This document shows positions 9,660-19,504 of a stretch of DNA of 64,000 bases, piece after piece. Position numbers and translations under genes: made by a program. Source of the stretch: Nitrososphaerales archaeon. Lineage in GTDB: Archaea > Thermoproteota > Nitrososphaeria > Nitrososphaerales > CADDZS01. The stretch covers positions 571 to 64,570 of the forward strand of contig JASHPO010000091.1 of NCBI GenBank assembly GCA_030038075.1. Direction: 5' to 3'. Each line of letters begins with the position of its first letter. Within the stretch, counting starts at the first letter, position 1. The notes under the pieces are model-generated. The model was not told the DNA's origin and did not search any database. It was given only the letters and a program-made list of their open reading frames with translations.

Positions 9660-10775
9660 ATGTCTGAGACAATTATTGTTCCAAAGGGACTCTATGGCGT
9701 TGCAGTTTCTGAGACGGGCATCGCCAAGAGCACTTCAGACGGCACTCTCACCTACCGCGGGTACAGCGTAGAAGACCTTTTTGAAAATTCCAGTTTCGAG
9801 GAAACTGCTTTTCTGATTCTTTACGGGCGGTTGCCGTCGAAAAAAGAGCTCCTTTCATTTTCTTCGGCTCTAAAGACTAACGCCAGAGTCCCTGAACAGA
9901 TCTACGGGATCATGAAGAATTTGCGCAAAGATGCGCACCCAATGGACGTACTCCGCACTGCAGTATCAGCGCTAGGAGCAAACGAGCACAGGCTTTCCTC
10001 AGAGGAACAGAAGCAATCCCTGATCGCAAAAATGCCCGCTCTGGTCGCCAACTGTTATAGGATCACAAACGGAATGGACACAATCGATCCAGATCACGAC
10101 CTTGACACGGCGGCGAACCTTCTCTACATGATCAGCGGCGGGCGTCCGGAAAAATTCGACGCGTGGGCCTTCGAACGCGAGTTGATACTCTATATGGAGC
10201 ATGACTTGAACGCTTCGGCTTTCGCCGTTCGGGTGATCGCTTCGACACTCGCGGACGTTTACGCGGCGTGCACGGGTGGCATCGCGGCCCTAAAAGGACC
10301 CCTCCACGGGGGAGCCAATGAGGCAGCGATAGAAATGCTGCTAAAATTCAAAAGTCCTGATGAGGCTGCAATTAGAATCCAAGAAATGCTGGCGAGAGGC
10401 GAGAAAATAATGGGGTTCGGCCACAGAATATACAAGACCAGAGACCCGCGCGCGCAGCTCAGTAAGCAGATGCTGAAGAATCTGCTCAAAGAGAAGAAAA
10501 AGGAAGAGACGATGTATGAGTTGTGCGACGCCGTGGAGAAGAAGATGTGGGAACTGAAAAAACTCCCGGCGAACCTTGATTTCTACGCGGCTCCGACCTT
10601 CTATACACTGGGAATTCCGATCGAAGTTTACACTCCAATTTTCGCTGCGAGCAGAATAGTCGGTTGGGTCTCCCACTATAACGAGCAGCTCCAAGACAAC
10701 AAGCTCTTCAGACCGGACGCAATTTACACTGGGCCCAACAAACTGGATTACGTCTCGATGGACAAGCGCTCATGA
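9660..10775 (+). CDS. citrate synthase family enzyme, possibly 2-methylcitrate synthase
   Basis: 371 aa with GPLHGGANE and GFGHRIYKTRDPR motifs. It converges on and overlaps prpD by 6 nt. Confidence 0.85.
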   Translation: MSETIIVPKGLYGVAVSETGIAKSTSDGTLTYRGYSVEDLFENSSFEETAFLILYGRLPSKKELLSFSSALKTNARVPEQIYGIMKNLRKDAHPMDVLRTAVSALGANEHRLSSEEQKQSLIAKMPALVANCYRITNGMDTIDPDHDLDTAANLLYMISGGRPEKFDAWAFERELILYMEHDLNASAFAVRVIASTLADVYAACTGGIAALKGPLHGGANEAAIEMLLKFKSPDEAAIRIQEMLARGEKIMGFGHRIYKTRDPRAQLSKQMLKNLLKEKKKEETMYELCDAVEKKMWELKKLPANLDFYAAPTFYTLGIPIEVYTPIFAASRIVGWVSHYNEQLQDNKLFRPDAIYTGPNKLDYVSMDKRS

Positions 10776-12137
10776 TCTGACGACGCAAAGCCCAAACAGT
10801 GGGGAAATATCTCTCCGCTCGTCCAAATTCCAGACATACTCGAAGATCCGATTGATCTGATTCTCAGTCAGTGAACTCCTCGTAAGACCTCTGAATTTTT
10901 GTTCGATCTCATCTTTTGTCATGGGATTGCTTGGATGACCTTTAGGGACATCCACCTGCCTTGTAATCTCTTCTCCGTTGGAAAGCTCGACCGTAATCCT
11001 GTTGGCAATCTTTCTAGGATATTCCTTGGTGAGCTCGGCGTCTTCCTCGACACTAATTTTTTCTAGCAGTTTCAAGATTTCCGGACCAGCAATTCTTCTT
11101 TTAGAATAACTGGAATTATCTACCTTCCCCGCGATTAGAGCAGTTCCGACAATGTAGGGAAGGCTGTGGTCTGCCGTCTCTTTTGTCTTTGGCACCCATT
11201 TTTCCCTGTCCTTTCCCAGAATCGTGTATCCTGCCTCATGCGTCTCGATTTTTATTGACCTGATCTCTTGGAGATTGTTTACTTCCTTCCGTAACTCAAG
11301 AGCTGCCCATATCGCGCTTTGCGCGTGATATTCGGCCGGAAAGAACTTGATGTAGGTCTCGGGCAGCTTGAATGATCCCCCTTTCCCACCAAAGGTGCCA
11401 AAATCGAGATCGAACTCTCCCGAAACTTGCTTGAAAAATCCCATCTCACCTTCGAAGATTGGGGACGGACCCGAAATCCCCTGCTTCGCGAGGAGTGAAG
11501 AAAAAACGGCGTTGCGAGACGCGTTTGCAAACGAAAATCCTTTCCAGTCTGATAGCTCGCCAGCCCTAACTTGGCGCATCGCTATGTGGGAATTCAGCGA
11601 GATGTTCACGGCATTTTCCATTTCTTCCGCGGATAGTCCGAGTAGTCTCCCTGCTGCTAACGCGCTTGAAACAAGCCCGTAACAAACGTGATCCCATCCT
11701 CTTGACCTTAGGCTCGCCGAGTCGCAGAGTCTGCACTGAACTTCATAAGCCAGCGCGATAGCTAAGAGAAGATCCTTACCGGACTTGTGGTTCATTTCGG
11801 CGATGGCAAGACACGAGGAAATGTTGTCGCTCGGATGAGCAGGTTCTTTCGAGAGATACGTGTCATTGAAATCAAAGTACCGAATCATGGAGCCATTCAC
11901 GAATGTCGCCATGTCGGGACTGGATTTCTTCCTCGTTCCGAGGATTGTGGAAGATCTCCCCGCGTAATTCTGCTCTATCACACCCCTAGCAGACTTTACG
12001 GGTGTCTCTCTGAAGGCGCCAATTGCGCAACCCAGACTATCAAGGATTCTTTTCTTTCCTTCAAGAAGGACGTCCTCGCCCAAATCATTGAATCGCAAAG
12101 AGATTGCATAGTTGGCAAGCTGCCGCGCGATGGTCAT
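10770..12137 (-). CDS. prpD: 2-methylcitrate dehydratase (MmgE/PrpD family)
   Basis: 455 aa with typical length and N-terminal pattern (LANYAISLRFNDLGEDVL..LDSLGCAIGA). Confidence 0.8.
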   Translation of the reverse strand: MTIARQLANYAISLRFNDLGEDVLLEGKKRILDSLGCAIGAFRETPVKSARGVIEQNYAGRSSTILGTRKKSSPDMATFVNGSMIRYFDFNDTYLSKEPAHPSDNISSCLAIAEMNHKSGKDLLLAIALAYEVQCRLCDSASLRSRGWDHVCYGLVSSALAAGRLLGLSAEEMENAVNISLNSHIAMRQVRAGELSDWKGFSFANASRNAVFSSLLAKQGISGPSPIFEGEMGFFKQVSGEFDLDFGTFGGKGGSFKLPETYIKFFPAEYHAQSAIWAALELRKEVNNLQEIRSIKIETHEAGYTILGKDREKWVPKTKETADHSLPYIVGTALIAGKVDNSSYSKRRIAGPEILKLLEKISVEEDAELTKEYPRKIANRITVELSNGEEITRQVDVPKGHPSNPMTKDEIEQKFRGLTRSSLTENQINRIFEYVWNLDERRDISPLFGLCVVRS

Positions 12138-12253
12138 AATTTTTCGTCGATTCTCAATAACCTATAAACTATGAACCAAGCGTTTCCCCATGATATTCAC
12201 TATTTATTAATCAAGCCAAAACATCGAAAATCTGGAGTCCGTTGCAAAGGAAC

Positions 12254-12557
12254 ATGAAGGTAAGTAGAAGGTTCTTCTACTTCCTGATTATAGTCTCAGT
12301 AATCGTTGCGCTGTTTTACTCTATTCTAGGAGGACTAGTTGTACTCATCATCGCTATTGGCTATTACTACTACATTAGGAGGTCGTCAATCAGATCTAAC
12401 GAGATCCCGTAGGTGGAGAAGTTCAAAATCCCCCGTTCAGAAAGAAACGATCATTCAGAAGGAAGTTGTCAAGATCCCTTGCAAATATTGCGGCACGCTA
12501 CTAAATCCAGTGCAGGACAAGACCTGCCCAAACTGTGGCGCGCCCGTGAATTTCTAG
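12254..12557 (+). pseudogene. TM-anchor plus zinc-ribbon small protein split by a frameshift
   Basis: ATG 12254 encodes MKVSRRFFYFLIIVSVIVALFYSILGGLVVLIIAIGYYYYIRRS.. and ends at TAG 12410-12412. The zinc ribbon KIPCKYCGTLLNPVQDKTCPNCGAPVNF is in the -1 frame and has no start codon of its own near it. Confidence 0.4.
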
Positions 12558-12568
12558 ACTGAATTGAT

Positions 12569-13453
12569 TTAATCATTTTCAAATTTTTTGGCGACCCGCT
12601 CGGCAGCCTGCGTTGCCGCATCCACAGCATTCATGATGCTCGTCCTGATGGAACCTTTCTCGAGCTCGTATATGCCGGCGATAGTCGTCCCTGCCGGAGT
12701 CGTCACTGTGTCTCTCAACTCGGCGGGATGCATCTGTTTCTGGCTCAGGAGATCCGCCGTGCCAGTCAGGGTTTTTGTGACAAGTTTGAAAGCAATGTCT
12801 CTGGGCATTCCCACCTTCAGACCGGCGCTAACCATAGCTTCTATTAGAATCGCGATGTAGGCCGGACCGCTTCCGCTCAGCGCCGTAACGGCATCCATCA
12901 GATTTTCCGGCACCTGGATGCAATCGCCGAAGCAGCAGAGTATGAATTCCACGCGCTCCAGATCCTTTTTCGAAAGTTTTGGACTCGTTGCGTAGGCGGT
13001 AATAGCTTCGCCGATGGTTGCAGCAATATTTGGCATAGCGCGAACGACCTTTGCGCTCGGGATTGTCGATTCTATCCTTTTGATTGATACCGCTGCCATG
13101 AGGGAGATTACGATCTTTTTCGAAACAAATTCCGATATTTCCTCGAGGACGTGCTTCGCATCACCCGCCTTGACGGAGATTATTACAATGTCCGATTCCT
13201 TTGCCGCCTTCTGGTTGTCTTGGGTGATTACGATCCTGTCAGACTGAAGGCTTCGTATCGTGGAGATATTTCTCTTGGTGACCGTGACCTTCGTAATTTC
13301 GTGCGACTTTGCCAAGCCTCTTGTAACGGCTTCGCCGATTTTTCCTCCTCCGATTACTGCTACTTTCACTTGAACATCCTTCTGGATTTTTGGAATTTTA
13401 AATCGGGTGCCTATATCTTTCTTTTCGGAACAGGAGAGGCAAATTGCGGACAA
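12569..13453 (-). CDS. proC: pyrroline-5-carboxylate reductase
   Basis: 294 aa with Rossmann motif VAVIGGGKIGEAV and C-terminal P5CR pattern SGSGPAYIAILIEAM..VTTPAGTT. Confidence 0.85.
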   Translation of the reverse strand: MSAICLSCSEKKDIGTRFKIPKIQKDVQVKVAVIGGGKIGEAVTRGLAKSHEITKVTVTKRNISTIRSLQSDRIVITQDNQKAAKESDIVIISVKAGDAKHVLEEISEFVSKKIVISLMAAVSIKRIESTIPSAKVVRAMPNIAATIGEAITAYATSPKLSKKDLERVEFILCCFGDCIQVPENLMDAVTALSGSGPAYIAILIEAMVSAGLKVGMPRDIAFKLVTKTLTGTADLLSQKQMHPAELRDTVTTPAGTTIAGIYELEKGSIRTSIMNAVDAATQAAERVAKKFEND

Positions 13454-13568
13454 TTCGCGAATCCCCAGAGTTTCTGTACAATGGTTTCAAGCTCGAGATA
13501 TATTCCGTACAGTTACATGACAATCAATAATAGCAAGATTGGCCATTGATCAAACAGGCGGAAGATGT

Positions 13569-13955
13569 TTGAAGAAAATTGAAGCGATAGTAAGAAGAGA
13601 GTCGTTCCCCGATATTGACAATGCCCTAAAGGTTGCGGGGATCGGTGGTCTGACCTTCTTCGATGCAGAAGGGAGGGGACGGGCCAAAGGAAGGGAAATG
13701 ATTGAAGGCCGCGGCGCTAGGACTTACCAATCGGAGTATGTAGAAAGAACGAAACTAGAAGTCATCGTGAAGGATTCCGAAGCAAAGAAAGTTGTTGACA
13801 TTATTCTTTCACACGCGAAAACTGGAAACGCAGGCGACGGCAAGATTTTCGTCTCCAGCGTGGAGGAAGGTTACGACATCACTTCGGGTCTGGTCGGCGA
13901 AGATTCGATAAAGGCGTCGGAGCAGCAATCGTACGCAGTGGCGAAGAGCCGCTGA
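13569..13955 (+). CDS. PII (GlnB/GlnK) family nitrogen regulatory protein
   Basis: TTG 13569 gives MKKIEAIVRRE.., the canonical PII N-terminus. GDGKIFV is present. The track ORF starts 30 nt earlier. Confidence 0.8.
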   Translation: MKKIEAIVRRESFPDIDNALKVAGIGGLTFFDAEGRGRAKGREMIEGRGARTYQSEYVERTKLEVIVKDSEAKKVVDIILSHAKTGNAGDGKIFVSSVEEGYDITSGLVGEDSIKASEQQSYAVAKSR

Positions 13956-13968
13956 GCCTCCGAATTTT

Positions 13969-14430
13969 TTAAAACTTCGGAAGCTGTTCCTTAACGACGG
14001 AGAGCACGATGTGCGTCTCTGTCCTGTTTACGTTTGGAATCCCCTGGATCGCCTTTGCGAATTTACTCAATTCGCCGGTTGATCTGAATTTTCCTATAAC
14101 AATGGCGTCTGTGGTCCCTGCAACATCGTAGACGGCGTTCGCCTGAGGCATTTGAGAGAGTTTGTTCTCGACCTCCGGAAGTCTTCCGCCGATTGTTGTT
14201 ATTTCAGTTATCGCAGTCACTGTGAGCCCGAGCTTTTCGTAATCGAGAACTGCAGTATACCCCTTTAGTATACCCTCGCTCTCCAACTTTTTCGTGCGTG
14301 CCTGAACCGTTGAAACGGCGACGCCTATTTTTTTCGCTACTTGGTGATATGACTGCCTCGCGTCAGCCACATACTGCCCAATTATCTTTCTATCAATGTC
14401 ATCAATTTCAAGCACAGAAACCGAGCTCAT
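13969..14430 (-). CDS. Lrp/AsnC family transcriptional regulator
   Basis: 153 aa. The N-terminal HTH (DDIDRKIIGQYVADARQSYHQVAKKIGVAVSTVQARTKKLE) is followed by a RAM-like C-terminal domain. It is divergent from amt. Confidence 0.8.
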   Translation of the reverse strand: MSSVSVLEIDDIDRKIIGQYVADARQSYHQVAKKIGVAVSTVQARTKKLESEGILKGYTAVLDYEKLGLTVTAITEITTIGGRLPEVENKLSQMPQANAVYDVAGTTDAIVIGKFRSTGELSKFAKAIQGIPNVNRTETHIVLSVVKEQLPKF

Positions 14431-14733
14431 AACGAAATCTATGACGCATGATAATGAATTTACCGGTTCGGCGCTTTAAGATGTGCGTCGTAATTCGAGG
14501 AGTTTTGAATTTCCCGAGTACCGTACAATTTTGATTGCTGGAGCAAATTGATTTTTTGCTCTGATGGTCCAGTCATAGAGTACTGTCAGGAATCATCTGA
14601 ATTCTGATTCGTGTTTAGGCCAGTTTTTTACAATCGTCGAGCAGAAGCAATAAATATGTATTCCTTGAAGGCAAGCAGCGATACGAATGTTCAGTTGCGC
14701 CCTGTTTATTCCTACATATGAACGGAGTAGCGT

Positions 14734-16215
14734 TTGGTGAAAGCCATGGAACAGATCTCGCAGATAGACAAGCCGACTATCTTCAGCTCGTTTGGATTTA
14801 GCAAAAAAACCTACATTCTCGTCATGTGTTCAGTTGTGGTTTTCCTCATTCTTGCTTTGATGCCCTTGGTTCATGCCCAAAATTCGACTTCTTACACTCC
14901 TCCGGCTAACCTGAACAGTTTTCCCACACCAGCTGTGCCTCAGTGGCTGGACACCGGTAGCAATTCTTGGATGCTGACCGCCGGTACCTTAGTCGGCCTG
15001 CAAAGTATACCGGGATTGTGCGTGTTTTACGGCGGTTTGGCTAAGAAAAAGTATGCTGTAAACACAATGCTCTTGGTATTCTACGGATTTGCTGCCGTGC
15101 TGGTAGAATTCATGCTTCTCGGGTACAAATTTGGCTTTGGGGGTGGAGCTGCGATGCTCCAGGTCGGAAAGTATTCGATATTCGCTTGGCCGGGCTCTGC
15201 AATGTCCGGGCTTTACGAGAGCTCTGAAGCAATAGTTGGTCCAGCTTCAGCTGCCCTAAACGTTCCGACCGCGACTATCATATGGTTCCAGTTTGTTTTC
15301 GCGGCGATCACGCCAGCTTTGTTCGTCGGTGCAGTCATCGAGAGAGTCAATTTCAAGGCGTGGATGATTTTCGTGCCTGTGTGGTCATTCCTCGTTTACA
15401 GCCCGCTGGCTTACTGGCTCTTTGCGGGAGGATGGCTAGCGCAAATGGGAGCTGTTGACTTTTCCGGTGGCTACGTCATCCACTTGTCTGCAGGTATTAC
15501 GGCACTGGCGGCAGCGATAGCTGTAGGTCCGCGTATAGCATCTGAAAGGAGACTCAAACCCAACAACCTCGGTCTCGTTGTGATCGGCGCCGGGCTCATC
15601 TGGCTCGGTTGGAACGGATTCAACGGAGGCGACCCATACGGTTCAACCATCGATGCCTCGGTTGCAGTCCTTAACACCGAGCTTGCCGCAGCCGCGAGCG
15701 TTGTTGCTTGGATTTTGATGGACATGAGCTTCATTAAAAAGCCCACACTTGTTGGCGCGACGACTGCTTGTGTCACCGGTCTGGTCGCGATTACACCGGC
15801 CGCGGGATACGTGAACGGCTACGGTGCCTTGCTAATCGGGGTCGCTGCAGGAACGATACCCTGGATATCCCTGAACAAGCTGTCGCCAAAACTCCCGGTT
15901 GACGACTCTCTCGGCGTATTTCCTGCTCACGGAATTGCTGGACTGGTAGGCGGTTTGATGACTGGCTTGCTCGCTGATCCCAATGTCACTAAATTCGTTG
16001 ACCCTGGACTAACTGGCGCTTTCTACGGCAATCCGATGCAGTTTGTCATACAGCTGGAGGCGGCGATCATCGTGATAGCTTACGTCTTCGCAGTGTCGTT
16101 TGTGCTGCTGAAGATTATCGGCGTGTTTATTCCACTGCAGGAGCCCCAAGAAAAACTCAAGGTAGGAGACGAAGCGATACACGGCGAAGTCGCTTACGAC
16201 TTTGCGGAGGTCTAA
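14734..16215 (+). CDS. amt: ammonium transporter (Amt family) with N-terminal signal/extension
   Basis: 493 aa, multi-pass, with [14 protein letters not shown] and GWNGFNGG motifs. Alternative starts are GTG 14737 and ATG 14746. Confidence 0.9.
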   Translation: MVKAMEQISQIDKPTIFSSFGFSKKTYILVMCSVVVFLILALMPLVHAQNSTSYTPPANLNSFPTPAVPQWLDTGSNSWMLTAGTLVGLQSIPGLCVFYGGLAKKKYAVNTMLLVFYGFAAVLVEFMLLGYKFGFGGGAAMLQVGKYSIFAWPGSAMSGLYESSEAIVGPASAALNVPTATIIWFQFVFAAITPALFVGAVIERVNFKAWMIFVPVWSFLVYSPLAYWLFAGGWLAQMGAVDFSGGYVIHLSAGITALAAAIAVGPRIASERRLKPNNLGLVVIGAGLIWLGWNGFNGGDPYGSTIDASVAVLNTELAAAASVVAWILMDMSFIKKPTLVGATTACVTGLVAITPAAGYVNGYGALLIGVAAGTIPWISLNKLSPKLPVDDSLGVFPAHGIAGLVGGLMTGLLADPNVTKFVDPGLTGAFYGNPMQFVIQLEAAIIVIAYVFAVSFVLLKIIGVFIPLQEPQEKLKVGDEAIHGEVAYDFAEV

Positions 16216-16585
16216 CCGACTAGTGCAAACCTCTGTTTCACTCAAAATCGTCGAGGCAATCGTCCGAAAGGAAAAGTTCACAGACGTCGACACGGCTCTG
16301 AAGGAGATTGCAATAAGCGGGCTAACCTTCTTCGATGTTGAAGGTAGAGGTCGCGCCAAAGGAATGGAGATGGTCTCCGGAAGAGGAGCTGCTACGTATC
16401 ACCCCGAATTCATCGAACGCGTCAAACTGGAAGTTCTCGTCAAAGAAACAGACGCTCAGAAGGTCGTGAATGCGATAGCGAAAGCCGCAAAGACTGGCGA
16501 AGTCGGAGACGGAAAAATTCTCGTCCTGCCTGTAGAGAACGTCTGGGACATTACCAGTGGTGCCTCGGGCGCAGCCGCCGTCTAA
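16202..16585 (+). CDS. glnK: PII protein GlnK, co-located with amt
   Basis: Contains [20 protein letters not shown] and overlaps the amt stop. Alternative start GTG 16223. Confidence 0.85.
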   Translation: MRRSNRLVQTSVSLKIVEAIVRKEKFTDVDTALKEIAISGLTFFDVEGRGRAKGMEMVSGRGAATYHPEFIERVKLEVLVKETDAQKVVNAIAKAAKTGEVGDGKILVLPVENVWDITSGASGAAAV

Positions 16586-17373
16586 TCAACGACCGGGTAG
16601 TACCGGTCGTTCCAGCGTTTTATCGTGACGTTCACTTCGTAGCATTTGCTGAGATTTTCTTCTGTTATGACTTTACTCATTGCTCCGGAAGCGAAGACTC
16701 TTCCTTTCATCAGCAAAAGCGCGTGCTCGAAAATGCCAGGAATTTCGTCGATCCGGTGAGTAACATAGATCATTGAAAGCGAGTGGTTCTTTTTTGCGAT
16801 GGTTTCTAGCCCCTTCAGGAACAACTCTCTCCCGCCCAGATCGAGCGAAGCACATGGTTCGTCAAACGTCAGTAACACAGGGTCAGGCATCATGGACCTC
16901 GCAATGAGAATCTTCTGCCTCTCGCCCTGAGAAAGTTCTGAGAGTCTTCTGTCTTCAAATTTGCCACAGCCCAGCTGCCTCATTAGTCGCCTCGCCCGCT
17001 GAACCACTTCGTACGGGGGAACCTCCCAGAGTCTTGTAGCCCCATACTTCCCGCTGACCACGATGTCCAGCACAGAATCCTCGCTTTCCAGTAGAGTATC
17101 GAGAAACGAGCTCACAAATCCTGTCCTCTTCCTCACTCTGTCAAGCTCAACTTCATCATCCTCTCTGTCGAATGACGCCCGACCACTGGAAGGACGAAGA
17201 TACCCGTTGACTATCCGTAGAAGAGTTGTCTTTCCGGAACCGTTGGGGCCGACAATCGCCCATCTCTCGCCGGTCCTTACGGAGAAATTTACATCTGATA
17301 GGATCTTTTTGTCTTTAATTCGCACGCCCACGCGCGAGAGGTCCACTATAAGTTCAGAAGATTTCTTTGACAT
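16582..17373 (-). CDS. ABC transporter ATP-binding protein (no adjacent permease)
   Basis: 263 aa with Walker A GPNGSGKTT, signature LSQGERQK and Walker B LLTFDEP. Confidence 0.8.
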   Translation of the reverse strand: MSKKSSELIVDLSRVGVRIKDKKILSDVNFSVRTGERWAIVGPNGSGKTTLLRIVNGYLRPSSGRASFDREDDEVELDRVRKRTGFVSSFLDTLLESEDSVLDIVVSGKYGATRLWEVPPYEVVQRARRLMRQLGCGKFEDRRLSELSQGERQKILIARSMMPDPVLLTFDEPCASLDLGGRELFLKGLETIAKKNHSLSMIYVTHRIDEIPGIFEHALLLMKGRVFASGAMSKVITEENLSKCYEVNVTIKRWNDRYYPVVD

Positions 17374-17382
17374 TTTTTCAGA

Positions 17383-18363
17383 TTATTTAGGCGCTCGGGA
17401 GGAAAATGCCTCATTTAGCAATTCTTGAAGAAGCGTGTAAGCTATATTTCCTCCACTGATAATGGCTGCGATTCTTTCTCCAGCTTTGAATTTGTATGCT
17501 CCGGAAAGTAGAGCGGCGATCGGGGCAGCGCCCGAGGGTTCCGCCAGGATGTGAGCGTCCAGTAAAAGGGATTTCACGGCTTCTCTCATCTGGTCGTCGG
17601 TAACAAGAACGACATCGTCAACGTCGCGCTCTGCTATCTCGAAATTCATTTTTCCGATGGTCTGTCCTACGAGTCCATCAGCGATGGTCTGAGGGTGTTC
17701 GATCGTCACGAGTTTCTTTTTCTTCATCGATTCGTAGAGCGAGGGAACGCCGGTTGCTTCGACGCCGATTACTTTGCACTTGGGCGAAATTGCTTTGAAC
17801 GCGGTAGACACTCCGGAAATCAGTCCGCCGCCTCCAACCGGAACTATGACTGCGTCCAGAGCTGAAACATCCTCCAAGATTTCAAGTCCGCAAGTCCCCT
17901 GTCCAGCGATCACGGAGGGATCGTCAAACGGATGAATGAAGAATAGTCCTCTCTCATTAGCCAATTCGCGCGCTTTGCCTATGATTGAATCGGTGGTGGG
18001 GCCGTCTTCGACGATTTTAGCTCCAAACAGCTCTATCATTTTCAGCTTGTCAGGATTGGCTCCATTGTTCACAACGACCGTGCAATCTACTCCGAGCGTT
18101 TTTGCCGCGTAAGCTACAGAGAAACCGTGGTTACCCGATGATGCAGTTACTACTCCCGAGTCTCTGATTTTTTCCAGATTCTCGAGCTCAATATTGTACG
18201 CGCCCCTTATCTTGAATACTCCGGTAGGCTGATAGCATTCCAGCTTCAGGAAAATTTCTGCGCCGGTTTTCTTGCTTAGAAAGAGACTCGGATAGCAGGG
18301 AGTTCTGAAAATGTGGTCTTTGATTCTCTCGTGCGCTTTCTCGATGTCAGTCAGTGCGATCAT
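17383..18363 (-). CDS. threonine/serine dehydratase (PLP, Trp-synthase beta fold)
   Basis: 326 aa with FKIRGAYN (PLP lysine), SSGNHG and GGGGLISG. Confidence 0.85.
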   Translation of the reverse strand: MIALTDIEKAHERIKDHIFRTPCYPSLFLSKKTGAEIFLKLECYQPTGVFKIRGAYNIELENLEKIRDSGVVTASSGNHGFSVAYAAKTLGVDCTVVVNNGANPDKLKMIELFGAKIVEDGPTTDSIIGKARELANERGLFFIHPFDDPSVIAGQGTCGLEILEDVSALDAVIVPVGGGGLISGVSTAFKAISPKCKVIGVEATGVPSLYESMKKKKLVTIEHPQTIADGLVGQTIGKMNFEIAERDVDDVVLVTDDQMREAVKSLLLDAHILAEPSGAAPIAALLSGAYKFKAGERIAAIISGGNIAYTLLQELLNEAFSSRAPK

Positions 18364-18460
18364 TACGTTGCCCTCCGAGATTAGATACTAGGAATTTACA
18401 AATAAGCGGAAATTTGGCGGTAAAGAGTGTTTTCCCCAAGTTATGTACAGCTGATTGTGG

Positions 18461-19402
18461 CTAGAGTACTTCCAGCTCGCCAATGATTTCTGCGGACAAA
18501 TTAACGTCCGCTCCTTTTGCAGGTTCTTCCAGTTGCTCGGGTCTGGAAGCGCCCACGACAGCCGTAGTGACCCTCTTTTCTCTTAGAATCCAGGCAATCG
18601 CAATAGCTGGAAGGCTCAATCCTGTTTTCTTAGCCACTTCTTTGATCTTGTCCAGTTTTTCAAAATTCTCTCTGCTGCTCACTTTGTCCCACCAGCCGCC
18701 CTGCCTGTAGAACGCTCGCGAACCCTGAGGCGGCGGTTTGCCTTTTTCATATCTGCCTGCCAGCAATCCTCCAAAGAGCGGGCTGTACGCGAGTACTCCA
18801 ACATTGTTTTCAACGCAATACGGGATTACGGAGGTTTCTATGTCACGCTCGAACAAATTGTACTGATTTTGAACCGCAATATAGTTCTCCAATCCCAGCT
18901 TCTCCACGATCTCGCGGGATTCCTCTATCTGTTCTGCCGAATGGTTTGAGCACGCAATGTATCTGACCTTGCCGGCTTTTACGAGCGAGTCCATGGTCTT
19001 CATAGTCTCTTCAAGAGGCACGTCTGTGTCGTACGCGTGGATGTAATACAGATCGATGTAGTCGGTCTGCAGCTTGATTAGGCTCTGGTTGAGCCGGTAG
19101 ATTATGTTCTTCCTTGACACACCTATTTTATTGGCGTCCAAGTCACCGAGGAAAGCTTCTCTGCCCACCTTCGTGGATAAAATGACATCCTCTCTGCGAT
19201 CCTTGATGAATTGTCCAATTATTTTTTCCGAGTTGCCCCTGGCATAGCCGTCCGCGGTGTCGATCATGTTTATTCCCATATCTAGAGCTTGGCTCATGAT
19301 TTTATTGCAAGTCTGCTGATCAGCTCCAGTGCCAAAATTGTTTGTCCCAAGGCAAATTCTCGGGACGACAAGACCGCTCCGGCCCAACCTCATGGTCTGC
19401 AT
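18461..19402 (-). CDS. aldo/keto reductase
   Basis: 313 aa with MRLGRSGLVVPRICLGT, DTADGY and LYYIHAYD, typical AKR motifs. Confidence 0.85.
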   Translation of the reverse strand: MQTMRLGRSGLVVPRICLGTNNFGTGADQQTCNKIMSQALDMGINMIDTADGYARGNSEKIIGQFIKDRREDVILSTKVGREAFLGDLDANKIGVSRKNIIYRLNQSLIKLQTDYIDLYYIHAYDTDVPLEETMKTMDSLVKAGKVRYIACSNHSAEQIEESREIVEKLGLENYIAVQNQYNLFERDIETSVIPYCVENNVGVLAYSPLFGGLLAGRYEKGKPPPQGSRAFYRQGGWWDKVSSRENFEKLDKIKEVAKKTGLSLPAIAIAWILREKRVTTAVVGASRPEQLEEPAKGADVNLSAEIIGELEVL

Positions 19403-19504
19403 TTTCGAGCTTTCGGTTGATCAGCGAGTTTATCTAGATTTCTCGTGAGGGAAATAGATTATTTACGGGCAGAACAAGATACTTTCTCTTGAGGAGGGTT
19501 TGAA

